Of a stretch of 45,448 bases of DNA, positions 34,665 to 43,279 are shown piece after piece. Location: positions 1 to 45,448 of IMG/VR virus record IMGVR_UViG_3300032320_000175; one strand, given 5' to 3'. Within the stretch, counting starts at the first letter, position 1; the number at the start of each line of letters is the position of its first letter. Position numbers and translations under genes: made by a program. This DNA is from a virus. Taxonomy: Duplodnaviria; Caudoviricetes. The notes beneath the pieces are model-generated. The model saw nothing but the letters and a program-made list of their open reading frames with translations, did not search any database and was not told where the DNA came from.

Positions 34665-35606
34665 ATGGCTGAAGTAATGAAAGAAACAGACGAGCGTCCT
34701 GAAAGTGAAATAGAAGAGATAGTTATCGTCGAAGAGAAGCCTGTAGAGGAAGATGATGACGATAGCGGTGACGACAGAGTTGCCAAACAAGACGAAGATG
34801 ATGGCAATGACACAGAGCGAGAAGCAATCCGAGAGCGCAGACGACTTGAAAAACTCGAGCGCAAAGAACGCCGAGACAAAGCCATTACCCGCGACAAAGT
34901 GGAGTTGGACTTCCTCCGTAAACGCAATGATGAACTTGAGCGCAGAATGTCTGCTCAAGAACAGCGAGCCTTCCAAAGCGACTTAGGTCAAATTGATGCT
35001 CAGATTGCTAGAGCGGCTAACGAAGCTCAAATGGCTGATCGAGTTATCGCTAAAGCAGTAGAGGTTGGTAACGGTGAAGATGTGGCTAAGGCTATGCGTT
35101 ACCGCGACGAAGCTCTTGCCAAGGTTAACCAACTAAACTACCACAAACAACAAGCTACACAGCGCCCTCCCCAAGCTCCACAGGCTATGGATGACAGGGC
35201 AATGATGCACGCCAAAGAGTTTTTGGAAGAGAACAAGTGGTACGACCCCCAAGGTGGCGACGAGAAATCAGCTATTGTTTTAGCGATTGACCAAGCCATG
35301 AACAAGGAAGGTCACGATCCTAGAAGTGAAGACTACTGGGATGAGTTACGGGCACGAGTTGCACGCCGCTTGCCAGAGCAATTTGGCAAAGCGCCAAAGG
35401 CAGATCGCGAAGAGCGTGTTGCCCGAGGTGGCCCCACTGTGGGTTCAGGTCGTGAGCATGCGCCATCATCTACCCGTAAAACAGAAGTTTATGTCAGCCC
35501 AGATCGCAAGCAAGCGTTGATTGATGCAGGCGTTTGGGATGATCCAGTGTTGCGCACAAAGTATGTGAAGCGATACCAAGAGTATGATCGATTAAACAAA
35601 TCTTGA
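34665..35606 (+). CDS. Capsid scaffolding protein-like
   Basis: Acidic N-terminus, long coiled coil, between portal and capsid genes. Confidence 0.65.
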   Translation: MAEVMKETDERPESEIEEIVIVEEKPVEEDDDDSGDDRVAKQDEDDGNDTEREAIRERRRLEKLERKERRDKAITRDKVELDFLRKRNDELERRMSAQEQRAFQSDLGQIDAQIARAANEAQMADRVIAKAVEVGNGEDVAKAMRYRDEALAKVNQLNYHKQQATQRPPQAPQAMDDRAMMHAKEFLEENKWYDPQGGDEKSAIVLAIDQAMNKEGHDPRSEDYWDELRARVARRLPEQFGKAPKADREERVARGGPTVGSGREHAPSSTRKTEVYVSPDRKQALIDAGVWDDPVLRTKYVKRYQEYDRLNKS

Positions 35607-35610
35607 TTTA

Positions 35611-35639
35611 TTTGCAAATTAACAAATAAGTCGTATAAT
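35611..35639 (+). promoter_or_regulatory. Sigma70-like promoter for capsid genes
   Basis: TTGCAA-N16-TATAAT in an AT-rich intergenic gap. Confidence 0.7.
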
Positions 35640-35666
35640 TTTCTCAATCGCTGAAAGGAGCGAGTA

Positions 35667-36197
35667 ATGACCGACGAACGAATGAAGAAATCCGCTGGAG
35701 AAAATCGCGTGGGGCGTGCGATGACAGATCGCGCCGTAACGGAAAATCGCGAGGTGACCGAGAATGAGCGGATTGAGATGTTCCGTCAGCAGTTTTTTCA
35801 GTCTTCACTGCCTGATCTGCCAAGAATCCCCGGCTGGCACTGTTGCTGGCTGACCACGACTAACCCTCGTGACTCTATACAAATGCGCATCCGTCTTGGA
35901 TATGAGCCGCTGAAGCCCGAGGACATCCCGGGCTGGGAATACGCGACCCTCAAGACTGGCGATTGGTCTGGATTCATCGGGGTGAACGAGATGCTTGCTT
36001 TTAAGCTCCCCATGTCGCTTTATGAGGCGTACATGAAGGAAGCGCACCACGATGCGCCACTGCGTGAGGAAGAGAAATTGACCGACACCGCAGAATTCCT
36101 CGAGCAACAAGCCCGTGCATCTAAGTCGAAGCTGTCTGTGGGAGATGGCAATCTGGAAATAGGACAACAGCGGGAAGCTCTTTTTGATCTTTCCTGA
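35667..36197 (+). CDS. Conserved head-module protein
   Basis: P.IPGWH.CW......RIRLGYEP..PE motif; SD AAGGAG. Confidence 0.75.
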   Translation: MTDERMKKSAGENRVGRAMTDRAVTENREVTENERIEMFRQQFFQSSLPDLPRIPGWHCCWLTTTNPRDSIQMRIRLGYEPLKPEDIPGWEYATLKTGDWSGFIGVNEMLAFKLPMSLYEAYMKEAHHDAPLREEEKLTDTAEFLEQQARASKSKLSVGDGNLEIGQQREALFDLS

Positions 36198-36225
36198 CGA
36201 AACCTTTTAATCCATTAGGAGCAAT

Positions 36226-36819
36226 ATGTCATCGACTAGCGCACCCTTTGGCTTTCGTGCTTCTTTCCACAACAGTGGTCAGATGCGCCCAAAAGCCTAT
36301 GTAATCGCGAGCGCATATGCGGCTAACATTTTTAGCGGTGATCCCGTTAAGTTAACCGACAACGGCGTTATTCAACTTGGTACTTCGGACGGTACTCGTT
36401 CTGGTACGACAGACGGCATCTCTTTGCTGGGCATCTTCGCAGGTGTACAGTATTTGGACGCTTCTGGTAAACCAACGATCTCTCCTTTCTGGCCTTCTGG
36501 CACGACTGGTACAGAGATCACTGCATGGGTCTATGATGATCCTGAAACACTGTTTGATGTTCAGTACAACAACCCCTCCGCTGGCACAACCGTTCAAACG
36601 GCTGTTGGTGAAGAGTGTGATTGGACTGTGGCATCGCCCGGTGGCTCCACCCAAACAGGTTTGTCTAACACCTACCTGACCGCCATTCAAGCCACTTCTG
36701 GTCAATTCCAGATTACTGGCTTTGGATATGAAATCAACGACTCCCTCACTGACGCTTATGTTGTTGTGACTGTTCGTATCAACGAACACCACTACAAAGC
36801 CGCAGTGAACTCGGTATAA
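36226..36819 (+). CDS. Capsid-associated (decoration/minor head) protein
   Basis: APFGFR, IFSGDPVK, GIFAGVQY, VYDDP motifs; immediately upstream of the major capsid gene. Confidence 0.7.
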   Translation: MSSTSAPFGFRASFHNSGQMRPKAYVIASAYAANIFSGDPVKLTDNGVIQLGTSDGTRSGTTDGISLLGIFAGVQYLDASGKPTISPFWPSGTTGTEITAWVYDDPETLFDVQYNNPSAGTTVQTAVGEECDWTVASPGGSTQTGLSNTYLTAIQATSGQFQITGFGYEINDSLTDAYVVVTVRINEHHYKAAVNSV

Positions 36820-36832
36820 GGAGGGCTAAATT

Positions 36833-37747
36833 ATGGCTACCCCAATGCGTAGTACGGACTTTCGATCCGTTGTTGAGCCAATCCTGAACGAAGTCTTTGA
36901 CGGAGTTTACAATCAGCGTGCTGATGAATGGAAGATGGTTTTCCGTGAGCAAAAAGGCATTCCTCGTAACTACCACGAAGAACCCGTCTTGTACGGTTTC
37001 GGCGCGGCTCCCGAGTTGCCTGATGGCATGGCAGTAAGCTACCAATCTGGTGGCGTATTGTTCTTGCAACGCTACCTCTACAAAGTCTACGGTTTGGCAT
37101 TCAGCTTGACCAAAGTCTTGGTTGAGGACGGTGATCACATCCGTATCGGTCAGACCTATGCCAAGCACTTGGCACAGTCACTGATTGAGACTAAGGAAAC
37201 CCTTGGCGCTAACATTTTGAACCGTGCATTTAACGGCTCATATGTTGGTGGTGATGGCGTATCTTTGGTTAACACGGCTCACCCAATCGTGAATGGCACT
37301 TTCAGTAACCAGCTTACTACTGCCGCCGCTCTTTCACAAACTTCTCTTGAGCAGTTGCTCATTCAGATTCGTAACGCTGTTGACAACAACGGCAAGCGTA
37401 TCCGCTTGACTCCTACCAAGATTGTGTCTGGCCCATCTAATGTGTTCCAAGCCGAAGTTCTGTTGAAGAGTGTGTTGCGTACAGGCACTGCTGACAACGA
37501 CATCAACCCTGTTAAGTCCATGGGCTTGCTGGCTGATGGTCAAGCTAACTTGTCTCGTATCACATCAACCACTGCATGGTGGATTGAGACTGATGCACCA
37601 GAAGGCTTGAAGTTGTTGATGCGCCGTGGTTTGGAAAAGTCTATGGAAGGCGACTTCGAGACTGATTCAATGCGTTACAAAGCCACCGAGCGTTATACTT
37701 TCGGTTGGACTGATCCTCGCGGTATTTATGGTACAGCGGGCGTTTGA
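36833..37747 (+). CDS. Major capsid protein (Mu gpT-like)
   Basis: 304 aa; GDGVSL...AHP, LSQTSLEQ..IQI, GTADNDIN, EGDFETDSMRYKATERYTFGWTDPRG. Confidence 0.9.
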   Translation: MATPMRSTDFRSVVEPILNEVFDGVYNQRADEWKMVFREQKGIPRNYHEEPVLYGFGAAPELPDGMAVSYQSGGVLFLQRYLYKVYGLAFSLTKVLVEDGDHIRIGQTYAKHLAQSLIETKETLGANILNRAFNGSYVGGDGVSLVNTAHPIVNGTFSNQLTTAAALSQTSLEQLLIQIRNAVDNNGKRIRLTPTKIVSGPSNVFQAEVLLKSVLRTGTADNDINPVKSMGLLADGQANLSRITSTTAWWIETDAPEGLKLLMRRGLEKSMEGDFETDSMRYKATERYTFGWTDPRGIYGTAGV

Positions 37748-37765
37748 TCTTTAACTAAAGTATCA

Positions 37766-37797
37766 AGTGAACACTCTCCGCAAGGGGGGTGTTTGCT
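37766..37797 (+). terminator. Long GCAA-tetraloop hairpin after capsid gene (weak terminator or stabiliser)
   Basis: AGTGAACACTCTCC-GCAA-GGGGGGTGTTTGCT; no clear U tract. Confidence 0.6.
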
Positions 37798-37814
37798 GGG
37801 CACATTTAATCCAC

Positions 37815-37874
37815 GCGCAACAGACGGCACGCCCTTGCCGACGACATGCAGACGGTTGCGCAACACTTGCATGT
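37815..37874 (+). ncRNA. Pseudoknotted RNA downstream of capsid gene (Mu-gpT-DE-like candidate)
   Basis: GCGCAAC/GTTGCGC, GGCA/TGCC and crossing ACATGCA/TGCATGT helices; repeated GAC linkers. Confidence 0.65.
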
Positions 37875-37885
37875 AAGGAACTATC

Positions 37886-38293
37886 ATGGCATCAACCACC
37901 TTCTCTGGCCCAGTTACATCCACCAATGGCTTTATTGGCGCTGTCACGGGCAACATCACGGGCAACATCACAGGTAATGTGACTGGCAACATCACTGGCG
38001 ATGTATTCGCCTCTAACCAAGCTCTCTCTGGCGCTGGCGCAGTTAACATCACTGATATGTTGACTAGCTTGACAACCACAGGCGCTTCACAAGCATTGAC
38101 ATTGGCTAACGGTACTGTTGGTCAAATCAAGATCATCAGCCATGTGGTCGATGGCGGTTCAGCCGTATTGACACCCACAACCAAAATCGGTTTTACAACA
38201 ATCACTTTCACCGCTGTTGGTGATAGCGCCATGTTGATCTACACCGTTTCAGGTTGGGACATCATTGCCCTGAATGGCGCTGTTGCCGCTTAA
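37886..38293 (+). CDS. Head fibre / minor virion protein
   Basis: MASTTFSGPVTS.NGF N-terminus; (GNIT/GNVT) 12-nt tandem repeats around 37949-37999. Confidence 0.7.
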   Translation: MASTTFSGPVTSTNGFIGAVTGNITGNITGNVTGNITGDVFASNQALSGAGAVNITDMLTSLTTTGASQALTLANGTVGQIKIISHVVDGGSAVLTPTTKIGFTTITFTAVGDSAMLIYTVSGWDIIALNGAVAA

Positions 38294-38294
38294 T

Positions 38295-38321
38295 TGAGAG
38301 GGGTTCGCCCCTTTCATTTTT
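38295..38321 (+). terminator. Rho-independent terminator
   Basis: TGAGAGGGG-TTCG-CCCCTTTCA followed by a T run. Confidence 0.8.
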
Positions 38322-38338
38322 AACTTCAGGAGATTTAT

Positions 38339-38755
38339 ATGGCTGATGCTGTAGCTTCGCAAACGATCCTCGATGGCGAGAGATTGTTTATTGCTAAATT
38401 TACAAATATCTCTGATGGCACTGGTGAGACTGGTGTAATTAAGATCGATGTTTCTACATTGCGTTCCAATGCTTCTGGCAATGCTTGTAATGGTGTAAAG
38501 CTGAACAAGATTTTTGCAACGACACATGGCATGGAAGTGCGCATTCTTTGGGATGCCACAACGGATGTGTTTGCATGGATGATTCCTCAGAACTCAAACT
38601 ATCTGATGGACTTGTCATCTTTTGGTGGTATTCCAAACAACGCAGGCGCTGGTGTAACTGGTGATGTGCTGTTTACTACCGCAGATGCTTCAGCAGGTGA
38701 TATGTACTGTGTTGTTCTTGAATGCATCAAGACATACGCTAACCCACAAGGATAA
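38339..38755 (+). CDS. Conserved virion protein
   Basis: MADAV.SQTI.DG.R....KFTNISDGTGE; FGGIPNNAG.G.TGD; SD AGGAG. Confidence 0.75.
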   Translation: MADAVASQTILDGERLFIAKFTNISDGTGETGVIKIDVSTLRSNASGNACNGVKLNKIFATTHGMEVRILWDATTDVFAWMIPQNSNYLMDLSSFGGIPNNAGAGVTGDVLFTTADASAGDMYCVVLECIKTYANPQG

Positions 38756-38758
38756 ATC

Positions 38759-39145
38759 ATGGCAAAAATGAAATATGTCAAGGACTTTGACTTCAATGAG
38801 AAGGCTTGCAACTACGAGAGTGGTGGCCCTGCCATGAAGATGGCTAAGGGTGGCTATGCTAAAGGTGGCATGAAAGAAGCCAAGACAGGCGAGATGTACG
38901 CTAGTCGTAAGGAAATGGCTAAGCACGAGAAGACTGAGTCACCTCGCATGCAAAAAGAAGAGATGATGAAGTCACAGACCGTGAAGAACATTGGCCCTCG
39001 TGGTGGTCAAGGCATGATTCCTCCAGCCCAAAAGGGTTTGGGTATCACTGCTCCTCGCCGCCAGATGCCAGTTGCACCTCGTGAGCCTATGATTGCTCCC
39101 TTTAAAAAGGGTGGTAAGGCAATGAAGGCAAAAGTTAATTGTTAA
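38759..39145 (+). CDS. Small K/M-rich protein with four xxGG motifs (probable internal head protein)
   Basis: YESGG, MAKGG, YAKGG and FKKGG in a basic, probably disordered 128-aa ORF. Confidence 0.7.
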   Translation: MAKMKYVKDFDFNEKACNYESGGPAMKMAKGGYAKGGMKEAKTGEMYASRKEMAKHEKTESPRMQKEEMMKSQTVKNIGPRGGQGMIPPAQKGLGITAPRRQMPVAPREPMIAPFKKGGKAMKAKVNC

Positions 39146-39146
39146 G

Positions 39147-39175
39147 TTGTTTTTTCTGACTTAATAAACTATAAT
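39147..39175 (+). promoter_or_regulatory. Sigma70-like promoter
   Basis: TTGTTT-N17-TATAAT. Confidence 0.7.
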
Positions 39176-39233
39176 TTTCGTCAATAAGAGCGTGCTGGAT
39201 CAGCAAGCATCCTGACTACAATGCGGGGTTAGC

Positions 39234-40214
39234 ATGGCTTTTTCTGGTAATGTGAGCGGCACTACATTTAATGCGCTGAAAGTCGTAGACCACGCTTTCA
39301 GGCGCTGTAGACTGCCTGCCCAAGCCATTTCTGGCGAAATGCAGAGCTATGCGCTCGAATCCCTCTACTTGTTTTTGTCAGAATTGGCGAACATTCGTAC
39401 ACCTAGCTGGTGTATTGACTATGTAATCTTGCCAATGTACCAAAATCAGCAGATTGTGACCCTTCCTTTGGGTACTGTTGATGTGCTGAACTTGAATTAC
39501 CGTCAAATTCAGCAGTTAACTGGTGCGACGACCATCACTTCGACTGCTTACACAGTAAATTTCACGACCACAACCACTGTTGACACGATTGGCATTAAGT
39601 GGGGTGCGGCGGCTGTGCCTGTTACCTTCCAAGTTAGTACAAATGGCTCGACTTGGACGACTGTGGGCACGCAAACAGCAACAGCGGTGGCTGGTGAAAT
39701 TGTTTGGACTGATATTTCAGGTGCTAAGCCTTACCAATACTTCAGGTTCACTTCAACATCGCCGATGACGCTGACGCTAGTCACGCTTGGCAACTTGCCA
39801 CAAGAGATTCCGCTAGGGGTTCTCAATCGTGATGGGTATGTGAATCAGAGCAACAAGGTGTTCCCGGGCCGTCCAGCGACCTTTTGGTATCAACGCGACC
39901 TCCCACGCCCTGTTGTCAACTTGTGGCCCGCCCCCGCAGACTACGCTGAGCTTGCCCAGCTCGTGCTGTGGCGGCATCGCCAGATCATGGACACAGAGAA
40001 CCTCCAACAAGAGGTGGAAGTGCCTCAGAGATGGCTACAAGCGATTGTGGATGGGCTTGCCGCTAAGGTTGCCGCAGAGACTCCAGCGGTGGATGCGGCG
40101 CTGATACCCATGCTTGAGCAGAAGGCGGCGATGAGTGTGCAACGCGCATGGGATGGGGACAATGATGGGTCGTCGATCCAGATTAACCCGGGCATTGGGG
40201 TCTACACCAAATGA
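39234..40214 (+). CDS. Head-tail connector / virion structural protein with inserted beta domain
   Basis: AF.RC, Y....NK...GRP..FW.QR, LWP.P and PQRW..AI..GLA motifs typical of adaptor-like proteins. Confidence 0.65.
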   Translation: MAFSGNVSGTTFNALKVVDHAFRRCRLPAQAISGEMQSYALESLYLFLSELANIRTPSWCIDYVILPMYQNQQIVTLPLGTVDVLNLNYRQIQQLTGATTITSTAYTVNFTTTTTVDTIGIKWGAAAVPVTFQVSTNGSTWTTVGTQTATAVAGEIVWTDISGAKPYQYFRFTSTSPMTLTLVTLGNLPQEIPLGVLNRDGYVNQSNKVFPGRPATFWYQRDLPRPVVNLWPAPADYAELAQLVLWRHRQIMDTENLQQEVEVPQRWLQAIVDGLAAKVAAETPAVDAALIPMLEQKAAMSVQRAWDGDNDGSSIQINPGIGVYTK

Positions 40215-40513
40215 GCTACTTCTTAGACCCAACAGGCGAAGCGACCTATGGCATTGCGATTTGCGCACGCTGTTCGCGCAAGTTCCTGATGGCAGAGTTG
40301 CAGAGCGACCCGAATTACCCCGGCCTCATGGTCTGCGCCGACGATGTCGACGACTACGATCCCTACCGCCTCGCGCCTCGTGCACCTGATAAAATCATAT
40401 TGCCCTTCAACCGCCCTGACACACCGATTAACACCCGCCCTGCTGGTGTGATACAAGAAGCAGGCGACGAGTTCTTCATCACCGAAGACGGTAATAGCTA
40501 TTTGGAGTTTTAA
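40211..40513 (+). CDS. Conserved Cys-containing virion-module protein
   Basis: AICARCSRKF...GLMVC...D..DP...RPD. Confidence 0.7.
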   Translation: MSYFLDPTGEATYGIAICARCSRKFLMAELQSDPNYPGLMVCADDVDDYDPYRLAPRAPDKIILPFNRPDTPINTRPAGVIQEAGDEFFITEDGNSYLEF

Positions 40514-42601
40514 ATGTCTGATGTCCCAAGTAATCTGATACCGACCCGAATCACGCAGTTACCTGTCGCTCCTGTGGCTGACGAAAACAGCCTGATGATG
40601 ATCGTCTATCAGGGCAACAACTACCAAATCCGTGTTGGTGATCTGTTAAGCGTTGCAGGCGTGCCCACAAGCACCCAAGTGATTGCAGGCACAGGCATGA
40701 CTGGTGGTGGTGCGTTAACAGGCAATGTGACCCTGAGCATCGCTAACGGTGGTGTAGGTTTTGTGCAGTTAGCTAACTCAGGCGTAAGTTCTGGTGTTTA
40801 CGGTAACGCAACTAACATCCCAGTTTTTACCATTGACAACAAAGGTCGAGTAACTGCGGCTACCACAGTGCCTGCAACGATCTCAGGCTATGTGCCTACT
40901 AGCACGCAAGTGATTGCTGGTAATGGTTTGACAGGTGGTGGAGCACTGAGTGGCAATGTCACCCTAGCCGCAAGCTACAGCGCTAGTGCACCTCAAGCTG
41001 GTTTCCAGACTGGCTCAGCAGGTGTGGCAAATACTGTTGCTCGTAGCGATCACAAACACCCTGCTGTTGACTTGTCTGCTGATGACCAAGTCGACAACAT
41101 TTTGGGACTAGGAAATGGCGGTACAGCACGGAGCATTGTGCCTGCGGCTGGCGCTATTGTTTGGTCTGGTGCTGACGGTCTGTACATTGGCCCTGTCGGG
41201 CTTGCTGGTCAAGTATTAGTGTCTGGTGGTGCTGGAGCGCCTACATGGGGTTCTGCCTTGTTGGTGGTGGATCAGCCTGCCAATGTGGTCTACGCTGGCC
41301 CTGCCGCTGGAGCCGCCGCACCTACAGCCTTCCGATCATTGGTTAACGCAGACCTGCCAGCTTCTGGTGTGACTGCTAACACTTATGGCTCGTCTACTGC
41401 AATCCCTGTAGTCACGGTCAACTCTAAGGGTGTGATCACAAGCGTCACAACTGCAAGTTTTACGGGTGGTCTGTCTTATCAGGGTTCATGGAATGCATCT
41501 ACTAACACGCCTACGCTGACTTCTAGCGTTGGTGTAAACGGTTACTACTACATTGTTTCCGTAGCAGGCTCAACCAATTTGAATGGCGTGACTGACTGGC
41601 AGGTTGGTGATTGGGCTATCTTTAACGGATCAACTTGGCAGAAGATCGACCAAACTAACTTGGTCAGTTCTGTTAACGGTCAAGTAGGTGTGGTCAGTAT
41701 TGCTTACGCAGACTTGGCTGGCGCTATTCCTACATGGAACCAGAACACCACAGGCACTGCGGCTGGATTGTCTACGACCCTTGCAATTGGCTCTGGTGGC
41801 ACTGGACAGACTACAGCTTCTGCGGCGTTTAATGCTTTGTCGCCTATCACCACAACTGGTGACCTGATCCTTGGCAATGGTACTAACAGCGCCACCAGAT
41901 TAGCGATTGGTGCTAACGGCTATCTGTTGTCGTCTAACGGCACAACTGCCTCATGGCAACCAGCCCCTGCTGGTGGTGTTACTACATTTGCAGGTGGTAC
42001 TACAGGGTTAACCCCAGCCTCTGCAACCTCTGGAGCAATCTCCTTAGCTGGAACCCTTGTGGTGAGTAACGGTGGAACGGGTGCAACAACCTTGACAGGC
42101 TATGTCAAAGGTACTGGCACATCAGCGCTGACAGCCTCTTCGACTATTCCAAACACAGACATTACTGGTTTGGGAACCATGTCCACGCAGAACGCAAACT
42201 CTGTGGCGGTGACTGGTGGTGCAATTGACGGTACGACTGTTGGCGCGACAACAGCGGCGACAGTAACAGGCACAACAATTACTGCAAGTACAAAGTTTGT
42301 TGGTACTAATTTTGATGCTTCAGGCTCTGGTGGTGGTGCTTTAAGAACTTCAGGTGGTTCAAACTGTTTGCAATGGGGCGGTGGCGGTGGTGTTAACTTG
42401 ACGCTTGATGGCGCATTTAACATGAATCCTGCTAATGCAACCATTCAGATTTCCCCAACAGGCACAGGCACATTAACGGTTAACCCTGCTACCGCTGGCA
42501 CGATCAACAATATGGTTATTGGTGGCACAACAGCCGCCGCTATCACGGGTACAACTATCACAGGTACAACTTTTGTTGGCATCAACGGAGGCACATTCTG
42601 A
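40514..42601 (+). CDS. Tail fibre protein
   Basis: G/T/A-rich; duplicated VPTSTQVIAG.G.TGGGAL.GNVTL and SGV....YG....IPV.T...KG units; YQGSWNASTNTP module; GGTG.TT repeats. Confidence 0.85.
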   Translation: MSDVPSNLIPTRITQLPVAPVADENSLMMIVYQGNNYQIRVGDLLSVAGVPTSTQVIAGTGMTGGGALTGNVTLSIANGGVGFVQLANSGVSSGVYGNATNIPVFTIDNKGRVTAATTVPATISGYVPTSTQVIAGNGLTGGGALSGNVTLAASYSASAPQAGFQTGSAGVANTVARSDHKHPAVDLSADDQVDNILGLGNGGTARSIVPAAGAIVWSGADGLYIGPVGLAGQVLVSGGAGAPTWGSALLVVDQPANVVYAGPAAGAAAPTAFRSLVNADLPASGVTANTYGSSTAIPVVTVNSKGVITSVTTASFTGGLSYQGSWNASTNTPTLTSSVGVNGYYYIVSVAGSTNLNGVTDWQVGDWAIFNGSTWQKIDQTNLVSSVNGQVGVVSIAYADLAGAIPTWNQNTTGTAAGLSTTLAIGSGGTGQTTASAAFNALSPITTTGDLILGNGTNSATRLAIGANGYLLSSNGTTASWQPAPAGGVTTFAGGTTGLTPASATSGAISLAGTLVVSNGGTGATTLTGYVKGTGTSALTASSTIPNTDITGLGTMSTQNANSVAVTGGAIDGTTVGATTAATVTGTTITASTKFVGTNFDASGSGGGALRTSGGSNCLQWGGGGGVNLTLDGAFNMNPANATIQISPTGTGTLTVNPATAGTINNMVIGGTTAAAITGTTITGTTFVGINGGTF

Positions 42602-42945
42602 TGGTAGAAGAACTTATCGACCGCATGTTTAAGGCTCGTAACGCCGCGCATATCAGGCACTGGAAGACAAACAGTTATTCAGAGCACAAAGCGCTAGGTC
42701 ACTACTACGAAGACCTGATCGACAATTTGGATAAGTATGTCGAAGCCTATCAAGGTGGGTTTGGGCTTTTGGGTGAAATCGAAGGTAGCGTGGAAAACAC
42801 GACAAAAATGATTCACGACGATATAATTTGGCTAACCGAAAATCGTGAAAAGATAGCCAAGAATGTGCCTGCGCTAGAGAACATCATTGATGAGCTGACA
42901 GCGTTGCACATGAAGACTTTGTACAAACTTGAGAATTTGAGGTAA
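42601..42945 (+). CDS. Ferritin/Dps-like four-helix protein (DUF5856-like)
   Basis: H..HW.T.SYSEHKALG.YY.....LD.YVEAYQG...L.NIIDE......TLYKL. Confidence 0.8.
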   Translation: MVEELIDRMFKARNAAHIRHWKTNSYSEHKALGHYYEDLIDNLDKYVEAYQGGFGLLGEIEGSVENTTKMIHDDIIWLTENREKIAKNVPALENIIDELTALHMKTLYKLENLR

Positions 42946-42949
42946 CACT

Positions 42950-43270
42950 ATGGCGGCATCAGGCTTTACACCTATCCAGCTTTATCGCACAACAACAGCG
43001 GCGGCTGTGCCGTTGGCGGCTGACCTGTTGCCGGGGGAACTTGGCTTCAACATCGCCAACACTGACATGGCTCTGTACGCCGAAAACGCATCAGGCACTG
43101 TCACCCGCATCATGAACAACCCTGCTGGCTTAAAGTACCCCACTGCGGATGGCTCAGCAAATCAAGTTATTAAAACTGACGGTGCTGGCAACTTGTCTTT
43201 TGTAACTCCTGCTTCGGCTGGCGCTACCAAAGGTCAAGCTATCGCTTTTTCAATCGTTTTTGGTCTGTAA
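42950..43270 (+). CDS. Short tail-fibre adaptor-like protein
   Basis: PIQLYR.TTA...P....L..GEL..N N-terminus, PTADG...QV.KTDG.GNLSF, C-terminal AIAFSIVFG. Confidence 0.7.
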   Translation: MAASGFTPIQLYRTTTAAAVPLAADLLPGELGFNIANTDMALYAENASGTVTRIMNNPAGLKYPTADGSANQVIKTDGAGNLSFVTPASAGATKGQAIAFSIVFGL

Positions 43271-43279
43271 GGAACCACC

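Noticed and set aside
37949-37999. 12-nt tandem repeat GGCAACATCACG as a regulatory or contingency locus
   Set aside because: In-frame coding repeat (GNIT/GNVT) with synonymous variation, typical of fibre proteins
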